This document shows, piece by piece, positions 18,815 through 28,570 of a stretch of DNA of 37,293 nucleotides. The stretch comes from Planctomycetota bacterium (GTDB lineage Bacteria; Planctomycetota; GCA-002687715; DRQF01), in assembly GCA_027001995.1 (NCBI GenBank), contig JALTLO010000135.1, positions 1 through 37,293 on the forward strand, read 5' to 3'. The position numbers and the translations under genes were made by a program. Within the stretch, counting starts at the first letter, position 1; every line of letters begins with the position of its first letter. A model generated the notes under the pieces. The model was not told the DNA's origin. It saw only the letters and a program-made list of their open reading frames with translations, and made no database searches.

Positions 18815-21120
18815 TGGCTCTTTGGAACACTCATTTTCTGATCAGTTCCGTGACATTAGGGGTGGTGACGGCTCTGACGATCTACTTGGGCCGTGCTCTC
18901 CTCAGTCGGCGCCCAACGATCTACCACGGTTTCTTGGTTTTCATCCTCATGGCATTTTTGATCACTCTGCCTTTGCAGTTCGGAACAGCATATTTACAAA
19001 ACAGTCACCATGAAGATCCCGAACCGCTCAAGAGATCCTCAGACCCTCTTATGCAAAAAGGCGTCGATATCGTCGGAGAAAATGTCATCCCCTTGAAAGA
19101 AATCTTCAGCTCAGAAGACTCCCGTGTAACACGCGCAACCCAGTCCCCCGAGTCATTCTTCGCAGAAAGCCTTACCACAGATTCTGCCACCCCATGGCCC
19201 AGAGACTCGCAGACGGCCTTCGGCCAAGAGCCATTCGTTAGTTGGGTGGAAGCTGGAGAAAATGCAGACATGGGCAGTTCTTCACTAGATTTCACCGACA
19301 GCCAGAATCAAAACCAAGAGCTCAGTCCAAGAGATTCCTCAGCAGCACTGGCCACATTGGTAAACGATGAAAGAAAACAAACGACCCTCGAGCGCCTATC
19401 AAGTTCCTTAGCACCCCATGTTGGTGCTCCTTGGTTGATTTACCTTCACCTATTCGGCGTGGCAATCACCTCAGTTATCGAGCTCTTAAGACTTCGTAAA
19501 ACCCAAGAGATTACAAACACAGCGACACCTGTCACCGACGAACTTACCCTCAAAGTATGGCGGGAAGTGGCCGGGTCCGCATCGGACCGGATTCAATTGT
19601 GCCAATCGCCTCTTGTTCATGCTCCTGTATGCTGGGGAGTCTTCAAGCCTATGATCATCGTCCCAAACTTGATCATCAGAAATGAAAACAAGACACCTTT
19701 CAAATGGGCTTTGCGTCATGAACTCGTTCACCTCAAACGGGGTGACCCACGAACGACATTGTTTCAGAGTGCCTTGAGAATCTTGTTCTGGTTTCATCCT
19801 GCAACCTGGTTCTTCAATTCTGAGTTGAACCGGATGCGTGAGATATCTTGCGACCACACAGTTGTTGGTTCCCAGGGCAGCCGAAAGAGTTACGCCTTGG
19901 CCCTTCTTGAATACGCCGAACAAAAAAACAAGACGTCACGTCTACCAACCTTGTCCCCCACCGCGCCGGCCCTCATTCCTTGGTCGGGCTCCATGTCCCA
20001 ATTAGAAAGGAGAATCAAAATGTTAGCTCAGTCAGAACGGAACACGATTCGCCCCTTGCGCCTCATGCAGGTGTTAGGTGCAGCCTTCGCAGCAGTTTGC
20101 CTCTTTGGAAGCCAAGTCGCCCTTGCCGCCCACATGCCTATTCCTCAATCAACGGACACGGCGCCGAAGGCGGCTCAGATCGATGCCACAACGACGGACA
20201 CCCTGTCTCCACCAGCGCCAGAATTACCTCCGAATGCGACCATCGATTTCATCAAGGCCCCCCGCCCCATGGATGCCACCCTTAAGAGCATCAAGTCATG
20301 GAAAAAAACCAAAACAAAATTCGAGATTGGTGTCATCTTGAAGTCATTCGATTCCAAGTTGACGGAAAATCTGGGCATGCCTAAAGGCACAGGGCTCATC
20401 ATCACAAAGATAATCAAGAACTCTCATGCCGAGCGTTCCGGCCTCAAGGTCAACGATCCCATCGTCAAGATCGACGGGGAGTATGCTTCCATGAAGCAGA
20501 TCAGAGCGGCCAAGAAACGGAGCGGTGGCAAGACACCCATCAAGTTCCTTGTCATGCGCGGGGCATCCATCAAAACGATTGTTGTTAGCTTCAACCACAA
20601 GAAGCAAGTGAAAGTCGCCCCGAAAAGGATCGTCGAGATCTTCGAAGATGAAGAATTAGAAGAAGTAAGTGAATTGGAAATAGTAGAAGAACAGCCATCT
20701 TCAAGAGCTCGGGCGCGCCAAAGCCGGGCCCGAAGCACTGTCGACCGCCAGATCATGAACCTCAACCGACGGATCGATCGCTTGACCAAGACCATGGAAC
20801 GGCAAGCGCGCCTCATCGAACGCCTGATGAAGAGAAACGAGAGCGCCCATCGAATCGCCAAGACAAAGAAAGAACTCAGCCAAGTTGAAACTCTGCTCAA
20901 CGAGCTCAGGAGCCGAAACGCCCTTGAAAGTCGCTTGCTCCAGGTCGATCAAGACTTGAAGAATAAATCCGAAGAGCGCGAACAAGTCAACGCATTGAAG
21001 AAAGCACTCATCGCAGAAAAGGTGGCGAGAATCAACGCCCTGAAATCTGCATCTGCCGAACTAAGAAAACGGGCTCGAGCTAAGAAATCCAACAAGAATA
21101 AGAAAACAAACGGTCGCTAA
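18811..21120 (+). CDS. BlaR1-like M56 metallopeptidase with C-terminal PDZ and coiled coil
   Basis: PVCWGVFKP, HELVH (HExxH, 19717-19731), LFWFHP, REISCD, YALALL, LERRIKML; HtrA-type PDZ at about 20320-20590; charged helical tail. Confidence 0.9.
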   Translation: MMALWNTHFLISSVTLGVVTALTIYLGRALLSRRPTIYHGFLVFILMAFLITLPLQFGTAYLQNSHHEDPEPLKRSSDPLMQKGVDIVGENVIPLKEIFSSEDSRVTRATQSPESFFAESLTTDSATPWPRDSQTAFGQEPFVSWVEAGENADMGSSSLDFTDSQNQNQELSPRDSSAALATLVNDERKQTTLERLSSSLAPHVGAPWLIYLHLFGVAITSVIELLRLRKTQEITNTATPVTDELTLKVWREVAGSASDRIQLCQSPLVHAPVCWGVFKPMIIVPNLIIRNENKTPFKWALRHELVHLKRGDPRTTLFQSALRILFWFHPATWFFNSELNRMREISCDHTVVGSQGSRKSYALALLEYAEQKNKTSRLPTLSPTAPALIPWSGSMSQLERRIKMLAQSERNTIRPLRLMQVLGAAFAAVCLFGSQVALAAHMPIPQSTDTAPKAAQIDATTTDTLSPPAPELPPNATIDFIKAPRPMDATLKSIKSWKKTKTKFEIGVILKSFDSKLTENLGMPKGTGLIITKIIKNSHAERSGLKVNDPIVKIDGEYASMKQIRAAKKRSGGKTPIKFLVMRGASIKTIVVSFNHKKQVKVAPKRIVEIFEDEELEEVSELEIVEEQPSSRARARQSRARSTVDRQIMNLNRRIDRLTKTMERQARLIERLMKRNESAHRIAKTKKELSQVETLLNELRSRNALESRLLQVDQDLKNKSEEREQVNALKKALIAEKVARINALKSASAELRKRARAKKSNKNKKTNGR

Positions 21121-21154
21121 GCTCTTCCCGCCAATCACAGTCCTTGCTCTTTGG

Positions 21155-21188
21155 AAGCGAGTCACATCCCAGTGGCTCGCTTTTTTTT
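21155..21188 (+). terminator. Rho-independent terminator of the BlaI-M56 operon
   Basis: GCGAGTCAC-ATCCCA-GTGGCTCGC followed by T8. Confidence 0.85.
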
Positions 21189-21302
21189 GGGGGGGGGCCA
21201 AAAACAGCAAACGCCGAGCACACATCACCAGGGCCCAGTTTCCTTTTTCTGAATTTCAAGTAGATTGAGGCACCGAGCATCCACCACAAACCGGAGCACC
21301 TT

Positions 21303-23195
21303 GTGAGAGACCTAACAATCGGAAACGGAAAGTTAACCCTAGTGTTTGATGCCAAAGGGCGGGTACGCGAGGTGTTTCACCCTATCCCTGGTCTGTGGAA
21401 CCACACCTTAGGGGCTCCCTGTGAAATCGGCATCATCACCAAAGGAACGACAAACTGGATCGGGGATGGTGGCCAACACGCCACGATCATGAAGAGCTCA
21501 CGGCACCTGGAGGCGCAATGGGAGTTGTCTGGCCCCCAAATCGCGTTGTCTATGTCGACCCTAGTGGACGACACTCTCCCCTTGGTGCGGCGAGACTTTC
21601 ACCTGCAAGCCCATCCAGGGCAACATCTCACTCTTCTACTCCACCATGACTTTCGTCTATTAGAAACGGAATACCAAGATGGAGTTCGATTTCTCCCAGA
21701 TGAATCTGAAATTCGTCACAGCAAACGGCAGCAGTCAATCGGCATCGGTCTTCTTGACTCAAGTCTGACTCCGCGATGGACTCTCGGACGAAGAGACAGT
21801 GAAGATGGCCGGGGTATTCGTGCTCTTGTGGAGCGGCAAGGACTCGACAATAACCCCTGTGCTGTGGGGGCAGGGGAAAGCGTCTTGGGCATTGACCTTA
21901 CCTGCGATGAAAACGGTACCGCCGTGGTTTCGACCTACTTGGCTGCTTGGCAGCACAAAGATGTGGAGACCGCACTTCGCAAGGAGATCTCCGGCACCTG
22001 GAGCATGAAACAATGGGACAAAGAAGAAACCGCCTCCAGACCCAGTTGGACGATCCCCGCTGTGACCTCTCTTTCCATCGACGTCCTCAGCGTTTTCGAA
22101 GACGCGGTCATCGCTTCTCCAGACACGGAAAGCCTCTCTCAAGCCCGAGAACACTACGCCTATGTCTGGCCCCGGGACGGGGCTTTTGTTGCCATGACAT
22201 GGGATCAATTGGGAAACAGGCTAGCCGCCAAGAAGTTCTATGATTTCTGTGTCTCAGGCCTTTCCAGGGAAGGCTTTCTCGGGCAGCGCTATTCTCCGGA
22301 TGGTTCTCCCGGCAGTAGTTGGCACCCAGACTTTGAAAGAGCAAACCCCTACCGTCCGATCCAGGAAGACTCCACGGCTCTTTGCTGTTTGGCTGCGGCT
22401 AAACACGTCGAAGCGGGGCTCCTGAGGGGGGAATCATCTCAATTGGCGGATGATTTGGTGTTTCCTTGCGGCCGATTCTTGCTCAATTATCGCAACGCAG
22501 AAACTGGACTCCCTCATCCCTCCCATGACCTTTGGGAAGAACGATTCGGAATTCACACCTTCACCGTAGCCAGCGTCATAGCTGCCTTGAAAGCCTGCGG
22601 AACCTTGGGGCATAAACTCAATAGAGACGATTATAGAGAATATCTCCAGGCCGCAAAAACCATGGAAGAATCCATGCGCACCCGGCTCTTCCATCAAGAC
22701 GCCGGCCGCTATGCCCGCATGGCCACAGTGGCCGAAAACGGTGATCTTCATTTAGATACCACACCGGACGCATCACTCTGTGGCCTTTTTCTCTTCGATC
22801 ACGACCTTATTCACGACGATTTGATCAAGAAGACAATAGAGTCTATCGAACCTCTCCTCACCGTCGACCAAGGGGTTGGTGGGATTGCTCGCTATTCAGA
22901 CGACCACTATCATCGTCGGAGCAGAAAACCCGAGGTGATCCCTGGCAATCCCTGGCTCATTTGCACCCTCTGGTTCGCTCATTGGCATCTCTTGGTCGGC
23001 GGCAAGTCTTCCAAGGAACAAGCGAGAAAGCTCATGGATTGGGTCATTCGACACATGCGACCCAGCGGCGCCATGCCTGAACAGGTACACCCTCTCAACG
23101 GCGAGAGCATCTCCGTTTGCCCCCTTCTTTGGAGCCACAGCACCTGGATTGACGTCGCCATGGCTGCTCGAAATCCAGACAGCCAGATTCCATAG
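21303..23195 (+). CDS. Glycoside hydrolase family 15 (glucoamylase-like)
   Basis: IGNG N-terminus, YVWPRDG, QEDST, DLWEE, GIARY, GNPW, MPEQV, PLLWSH. Confidence 0.9.
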   Translation: MRDLTIGNGKLTLVFDAKGRVREVFHPIPGLWNHTLGAPCEIGIITKGTTNWIGDGGQHATIMKSSRHLEAQWELSGPQIALSMSTLVDDTLPLVRRDFHLQAHPGQHLTLLLHHDFRLLETEYQDGVRFLPDESEIRHSKRQQSIGIGLLDSSLTPRWTLGRRDSEDGRGIRALVERQGLDNNPCAVGAGESVLGIDLTCDENGTAVVSTYLAAWQHKDVETALRKEISGTWSMKQWDKEETASRPSWTIPAVTSLSIDVLSVFEDAVIASPDTESLSQAREHYAYVWPRDGAFVAMTWDQLGNRLAAKKFYDFCVSGLSREGFLGQRYSPDGSPGSSWHPDFERANPYRPIQEDSTALCCLAAAKHVEAGLLRGESSQLADDLVFPCGRFLLNYRNAETGLPHPSHDLWEERFGIHTFTVASVIAALKACGTLGHKLNRDDYREYLQAAKTMEESMRTRLFHQDAGRYARMATVAENGDLHLDTTPDASLCGLFLFDHDLIHDDLIKKTIESIEPLLTVDQGVGGIARYSDDHYHRRSRKPEVIPGNPWLICTLWFAHWHLLVGGKSSKEQARKLMDWVIRHMRPSGAMPEQVHPLNGESISVCPLLWSHSTWIDVAMAARNPDSQIP

Positions 23196-23252
23196 TGGCG
23201 CTAAAAGGATAGCCGCGTTAGGATCACATGCCCCTTCATCGAGGAGAGAGAA

Positions 23253-24488
23253 ATGCGCAAACGCGTCCTTGGAATGATCATGGCCGGCGGCAAAGGAACA
23301 AGACTCTTTCCCTTAACCCGGGATAGGGCAAAGCCTGCGGTACCATTTGGCTGCAAGTATCGCATCATCGACTTTGCGCTCTCGAATTTCATGAATTCAG
23401 AGATCTACTCAATCTACGTGCTCACTCAGTTTAAGTCCCAGAGCCTGACCGAGCACCTCCAAAGGGGTTGGGGTCACATATCCCTTCTAAAGAATCATTT
23501 CATCATACCCGTGCCAGCCCAAATGCAAACCGGTGAAAGCTGGTACAAAGGAACTGGCGATGCCATCTTCCAAAACCTCAACTTGATCCGTGAGAACCGC
23601 CCCCAATACGTGGCCGTTTTCGGTGGCGATCACATTTACCGCATGGACGTTACCCAAATGGTGAACTTCCATGAGGCCCAAAAAGCCCACGTCACCATTG
23701 CTGGCATTACTGTGCCAATCGAGCAAGCCACAGAATTCGGCGTGATGAAGATTGACGATGATGGACGCATTCTCGATTTCGAAGAAAAACCGGCCAATCC
23801 TTCACCCATGCCAAACGACCCAAGTCGCGCCCTGGTAAGCATGGGGAACTACGTTTTCTCTGAACGCACTTTGACCACCGCTTTGACAGAAGACGCGGCT
23901 ACCGAATCATCTTCTCACGATTTCGGTCAAGATATTCTTCCCCGACTCTTGGCCGAAGGAAAAGACCTCTTCTGCTACAATTTCGAAACGAACATCATTC
24001 CCGGAACCACAGACGAGCCTAATACGTATTGGCGCGATGTTGGAACCATCGACGCCTACTATGAAGCCACCTTAGACTTGAGGGACGTAGTGCCACGCTT
24101 CGATCTATTCAATCCTTATTGGCCCATTGGCACCGCTCAGAGAGATCTCCCTCCGTCAAAATTCGTCCATGACGAACAAGGGCGACGCGGAGAAGCGGTC
24201 CAAACTCTCATCGCTGAGGGAAGCATAATTTCTGGGGCCAGCGTCCAAGGAAGCGTCATCGGGCGTAACGTGCACATCCATTCCTTCGCTGAAATCACAG
24301 ATTCCATCATCATGGACAATGTCGACATCGGTGAAGGTGCCAAGCTCCGGGGAGTGATCATTGACAAGAACGTCCACGTTCCTGCCGGAGAAATCATCGG
24401 CTACGACCGCGAGAAAGACGAAGAGAGATTTTTCGTCTCCGAGTCGGGCATCGTCGTGATTCCCAAGGAACCCAGCAACATGGGTTAG
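23253..24488 (+). CDS. glgC: Glucose-1-phosphate adenylyltransferase
   Basis: MAGGKGTRLFPLTRDRAKPAVPFG, GGDHIYRMD, FEEKP, SMGNYVF, DFGQDI, YWRDVGT, C-terminal beta-helix. Confidence 0.98.
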   Translation: MRKRVLGMIMAGGKGTRLFPLTRDRAKPAVPFGCKYRIIDFALSNFMNSEIYSIYVLTQFKSQSLTEHLQRGWGHISLLKNHFIIPVPAQMQTGESWYKGTGDAIFQNLNLIRENRPQYVAVFGGDHIYRMDVTQMVNFHEAQKAHVTIAGITVPIEQATEFGVMKIDDDGRILDFEEKPANPSPMPNDPSRALVSMGNYVFSERTLTTALTEDAATESSSHDFGQDILPRLLAEGKDLFCYNFETNIIPGTTDEPNTYWRDVGTIDAYYEATLDLRDVVPRFDLFNPYWPIGTAQRDLPPSKFVHDEQGRRGEAVQTLIAEGSIISGASVQGSVIGRNVHIHSFAEITDSIIMDNVDIGEGAKLRGVIIDKNVHVPAGEIIGYDREKDEERFFVSESGIVVIPKEPSNMG

Positions 24489-25588
24489 GACATGAGCCCC
24501 TCATGGGTTTCGTCAATAATCCCCTGAGTTGCCGTCTTTGTGTCGTGAGTTTCTTCGAATCGTGCCAACTGGCGTTGGGCCGAATTACCGCCCTCCAAGA
24601 TTCTTTCAATAACTTCAACCCATCTTTCCGAACCCAAAGCCGCAAAATCATCTTTGAGGAATCGGCAAAGATCGCGAATAGCGTCTCTTGTGGGCACTTC
24701 CTTGGCTTTCTGGAAATCAATCAAATGCCCATCAAGTCCCCACCGGGCCGCCCGATAGACGTTTTCGGCGATCAAGGCTCGACGATACAAGCGATGGCCC
24801 AAATTGTTCTCGTAGAGGTTGAGCAACTTGTGCACGATGGCCTGAAGTAAGGCTGCGATCGCCGCAGTTTCTTCTACTCTTGTGGGCGTATCGCAAACTC
24901 GAAATTCAACCGTATCAAAGAACGGGTGGGGCCGGATATCCCAATAGATCATCTTAGCATTGTCGATACACTTGGTCTTCACCAAGAGTTCAACGAAACG
25001 ACGATACTCATCATAGTCTCCGTAGTAGTCAGGTACTCCCGTGCGCGGGAATCGCTTAAAGATGTGGCTCCTGATCGATCTGTGCCCCGTCATCTTCCCC
25101 TGCCACAAAGGACTGGAGCAACTGAGGGCCAAAAGATGAGGTAGAAAATAGCGCGCCGCATTCATCACTTGAATGCGAGCCTCAGGATCGTCAATTCCGA
25201 TATGACAATGCATACCGTAGATCAGATTAGCTCGGGCTAAGTCTTGAAGTCGATCAAGGATTTCACCGTAACGTTTGCCTTCCGTCAGGTTCACATCTTT
25301 CCAATGAGTCGAAGGGTGGGTTCCTGCTGCCCCCACCAAGAGATTGTGTTTCGTGGCCAAACGAATCACATCTTGGCGGTGCCTGGAAAGTTCGCTGAAT
25401 ACTTCATCTACCGAGCCGCAAACATCCGTCACAATTTCGATGCAAGCCGCGTGAAATTCCGCTTTCAGGTTTTCTCCATGAATCTCTCCAGCTTCCGCAT
25501 GAAACGATTCGGTCTTATTGGAAAGCTCCAGAGTTTCCGGATCGATGAGCATGAGCTCTTCTTCGACACCGAGAGTTAAATTTGCCAT
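24485..25588 (-). CDS. Carboxylate-amine ligase, YbdK/GCS2 family
   Basis: TLGVEEE, GTHP, GMHCHIG, FPRTG, YWDIRP, TVEFRVCD. ATG 25588 has an AAGGAG SD overlapping the upstream stop. Confidence 0.93.
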   Translation of the reverse strand: MANLTLGVEEELMLIDPETLELSNKTESFHAEAGEIHGENLKAEFHAACIEIVTDVCGSVDEVFSELSRHRQDVIRLATKHNLLVGAAGTHPSTHWKDVNLTEGKRYGEILDRLQDLARANLIYGMHCHIGIDDPEARIQVMNAARYFLPHLLALSCSSPLWQGKMTGHRSIRSHIFKRFPRTGVPDYYGDYDEYRRFVELLVKTKCIDNAKMIYWDIRPHPFFDTVEFRVCDTPTRVEETAAIAALLQAIVHKLLNLYENNLGHRLYRRALIAENVYRAARWGLDGHLIDFQKAKEVPTRDAIRDLCRFLKDDFAALGSERWVEVIERILEGGNSAQRQLARFEETHDTKTATQGIIDETHEGLMS

Positions 25589-25598
25589 GTGAGACTCC

Positions 25599-26933
25599 TT
25601 AGAGCGACTTGCCAACGATCAATAGCGGTACTTGCCCGCCACCAGAACTAACATTACACAAACCACCAGCGCCCAAGCGAGCCAATGCCCCGCGCATCTT
25701 CCCTAAGTACATGTAGGGATCGAGATCAACAAAGAGGCTTTGCGACTGGAGGCCATCGTCCATAGCCGGAAACTCTTCAGGAATCATGTGCAACCGCGTT
25801 TGCACGACGTAATCACCCTTCGTCGCTTCCTGCAGCGCCTCAGACCAGGCAGCATCATCCATTTCCCAACCGAGGTAGATCCCTGCGCCGCCATAGTCAT
25901 CATTTGGTTTCATAACGAACATGGCACGATTTTCCGCGACGAAAGGCAACAAGTCGACTTCTTGCCCTTCAAACCTCGTTTTGCATTCCTTGACGTTGCG
26001 CGTCCATGGAACAGCTTGGTCAATTCTCTGGGCCAAATCCTTGGGCAACCAGACATCTCGATCATCGCTGGTCAAAATGGCAAATATAGCTTTTTTGTGA
26101 ACTAACTTGGAGCGAAACGGATTGACCACACAGACATTTCGGTCCCGGTAGGCAAGATACATGTTCTTGACTTCATCGTATTTCTCGATGAACTCGTTCA
26201 TGAGAACACGCTTATAGACCAGGTCAATTTTGCGTCCCTTGGCAGTCAAGTGTTCACCGTCGTACTCCAACTCCCGGGGATCACACACGATCGTCGGGTA
26301 ACCCTGAGACTCGAAATATTCGGCACAGAGATTGAACTCGACCACCGTGGGCACATGGTCATAGTCGACGATGGCGATGGAGGGTGTCTTTCGCCCACCA
26401 TACTCCTGATAGCAGGCTAAGAGCGTGTCCAAGAGTGGCGGCAATGTACGCACATATTCCGTGTCAAACTGTTGAGCGAACTCAAGAGAAATCGGGTGAG
26501 CGAAGAAGACGTCCGCCAACTGATCGCCGAAGGCAGGACCGGCAGGACATTCTCCATTGAGCTCAACGAATTGAACACCTTTGTCAGTAATGAAAGAATC
26601 GAGACGAACGCAAGGAGCAACATGGGCATAGCCAGGGTCATGGGAGACCATCTCCTTTTCGACCTCCGTCAGACACAGCATGGACATCAAAGCTGGATCG
26701 GAAAGAAGCCGGTCTTTCGCCGCCATAATACCACTCATGACGGCCTCAGAGATCAAAGTGAGATTCGCAGCTTCTTCCCGCGTCAAGAATTTCGGCCGCA
26801 AATGATTGCAAAGGTGGCGGCCGCCAAAAACAACCCCAGCGGCTTCCAGTTCCTTTTTGAGACTCGGGATCGACTCGATCCAGGCATCACGCTTGCCGTC
26901 CAAGAGCCCCTGCCATACAGTTTCAGCCGTCAA
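25599..26933 (-). CDS. Circularly permuted ATP-grasp ligase (glutathionylspermidine synthase-like fold)
   Basis: RLDSF, FVELNGECPAG, IDLVYKR, VVNPFRSKLVHKK, VPWTR, VMKPNDDYGGAGIYLG, YVVQ. TTG 26933 has a GGAG SD. Confidence 0.85.
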   Translation of the reverse strand: MTAETVWQGLLDGKRDAWIESIPSLKKELEAAGVVFGGRHLCNHLRPKFLTREEAANLTLISEAVMSGIMAAKDRLLSDPALMSMLCLTEVEKEMVSHDPGYAHVAPCVRLDSFITDKGVQFVELNGECPAGPAFGDQLADVFFAHPISLEFAQQFDTEYVRTLPPLLDTLLACYQEYGGRKTPSIAIVDYDHVPTVVEFNLCAEYFESQGYPTIVCDPRELEYDGEHLTAKGRKIDLVYKRVLMNEFIEKYDEVKNMYLAYRDRNVCVVNPFRSKLVHKKAIFAILTSDDRDVWLPKDLAQRIDQAVPWTRNVKECKTRFEGQEVDLLPFVAENRAMFVMKPNDDYGGAGIYLGWEMDDAAWSEALQEATKGDYVVQTRLHMIPEEFPAMDDGLQSQSLFVDLDPYMYLGKMRGALARLGAGGLCNVSSGGGQVPLLIVGKSL

Positions 26934-27001
26934 TGGAATTCTCCCGATAAAAGTACGAGGCGTTATTATCCACATTGGGGCCAAGCTGTAAATCTACCAC
27001 G

Positions 27002-27029
27002 TTGACAAAAACATGAGGTGCTTGATAAT
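27002..27029 (+). promoter_or_regulatory. Sigma-70-type promoter, probably giving a leaderless mRNA
   Basis: TTGACA-N16-GATAAT, then 6 nt, then ATG 27036. Confidence 0.55.
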
Positions 27030-27035
27030 CCTCGT

Positions 27036-28463
27036 ATGAGTATTTCAATCACATTTTATGGAGCGGCCCAGGGAGTCACTGGTTCCCGGCACGTTCTGGA
27101 CGTCGATGGCACCAAAATCCTCTTCGATTGCGGTATGTTCCAAGGGCGCAGACAAGAGAGTCGCGAACGCAACTCTGCTTTTCCAATTGATCCCAAAACT
27201 ATTTACAATATGGTCCTCACCCATGCTCACATCGATCACAGTGGGGCCTTGCCTATTTTGATCCGTGAAGGTTTCGAAGGCCACATCTATTGCACCCGCG
27301 CAACCGCAGACCTAGCCAAAATCATGCTCAGAGATAGTGGTAACATTCAAGAGCGTGACGCTGAGCATCTGAACAAGAAACGCAAGAGCCATGCCCGCAA
27401 AGAAGGCAAGAAAACACCGAAGAATTTGGTCGAGCCCATTTACACTGTCAAAGACGCCGAGGCTTGCGACTCTTTTTTCTTCCCTGTGTCCTACGATCAG
27501 GAATTTGATGTTGCTCCAGGAATCACAGTCCAGCTGACCGACCAAGGACACATCATTGGGTCTGCCTCAGCCCATGTGACCATCAAACGCCCTGGCAAGA
27601 AAGACGTGCGCGTCGTGTTCAGCGGTGATTTGGGGCGGCCGAATATGCCCATTCTCCGAGATCCAGTTCCCTATCCTCCCTGCGAATACATACTCACAGA
27701 AAGCACCTACGGCGACCGTCTCCACGAACCGATCGGCGACATGGAAGCGCAGCTCGTTGAAGTACTCAAAGAGACCAAGAAACGGGGAGGTCGTCTCATC
27801 ATCCCGGCTTTCTCCGTGGGCAGGACGCAAAACATCATCTACTTCCTGCAAAGCATTTTCTCTCGTGGGGAAATCGAGCCAATCCCGACCTACGTCGACA
27901 GCCCCTTATCGAAAAAGGCAACCAAGGTTTACTTCAATCATCCTGAGTGTTTCGATAAAGAAACTCTGGCTTTTCTAAAGAAGGAAGACGAAGACCGCAT
28001 GAGCAACTTCCATTACGTCGAGTCTGTCGACGAATCGAAGGCACTCAATGACATGCCAAATCCCATGATCATCATCACGTCTTCGGGCATGTGCGAAGCG
28101 GGTCGTATCCTCCACCATCTCAAACGAACTGTTGAAGACCCAAAGAACGTCATTTGCATCGTTGGCTACATGGCGGAGCACACCTTGGGGCGGCGCATAC
28201 GAAAGAAAGAAAAGAACATCCGCATCTTCGGCCAAGAGTACGAACTCAATGCAGGGGTGGTAACAATGAATGGATTCTCCGCCCATGGTGACCAAGCTGG
28301 CATCATCCACTCTTTAGAGCACCTGAAGGATACACTCAAGAAAGTCATCCTGATTCACGGAGAAGAAACTCAAAGCCTCCCCCTAAAGGAAAAGCTAGAA
28401 GATGAAGGCCACAAGAACGTTGAGATTGCCAAATTATTCTCAACCATTGTCCTTGAGGATTAG
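27036..28463 (+). CDS. Metallo-beta-lactamase fold, beta-CASP family hydrolase/ribonuclease
   Basis: GAAQGVTGS, DCGMFQG, THAHIDHSG, GHIIGS, SGDLG, ESTYG, PAFSVGRTQ, GMCEAGRILHHL, FSAHGD, IHGE. Confidence 0.93.
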   Translation: MSISITFYGAAQGVTGSRHVLDVDGTKILFDCGMFQGRRQESRERNSAFPIDPKTIYNMVLTHAHIDHSGALPILIREGFEGHIYCTRATADLAKIMLRDSGNIQERDAEHLNKKRKSHARKEGKKTPKNLVEPIYTVKDAEACDSFFFPVSYDQEFDVAPGITVQLTDQGHIIGSASAHVTIKRPGKKDVRVVFSGDLGRPNMPILRDPVPYPPCEYILTESTYGDRLHEPIGDMEAQLVEVLKETKKRGGRLIIPAFSVGRTQNIIYFLQSIFSRGEIEPIPTYVDSPLSKKATKVYFNHPECFDKETLAFLKKEDEDRMSNFHYVESVDESKALNDMPNPMIIITSSGMCEAGRILHHLKRTVEDPKNVICIVGYMAEHTLGRRIRKKEKNIRIFGQEYELNAGVVTMNGFSAHGDQAGIIHSLEHLKDTLKKVILIHGEETQSLPLKEKLEDEGHKNVEIAKLFSTIVLED

Positions 28464-28519
28464 AAAACGAACAAGCCAATGGACCTATTCAGGAGAGTAA
28501 GAGCCATCGGTGTTCAAAT

Positions 28520-28557
28520 CGAAGGGAAAGGTCCACACTAACCGGACCTTCCCTTCG
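28520..28557. terminator. Hairpin between convergent genes (likely bidirectional terminator)
   Basis: CGAAGGGAAAGGTCC-N9-GGACCTTCCCTTCG (one bulge) between the stops at 28463 and 28571; no clear U tract. Confidence 0.55.
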
Positions 28558-28570
28558 TCCGCCGACTTGG

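Noticed and set aside
21189..21197. G9 tract as a phase-variation switch for GH15
   Set aside because: It abuts the terminator U tract about 105 nt upstream of the gene, and no promoter elements were seen flanking it.
26966..26974. Isolated perfect DnaA box TTATCCACA
   Set aside because: Single copy that coincides with a plausible extended -10 (TGTGGATAAT) of the minus-strand ligase promoter.
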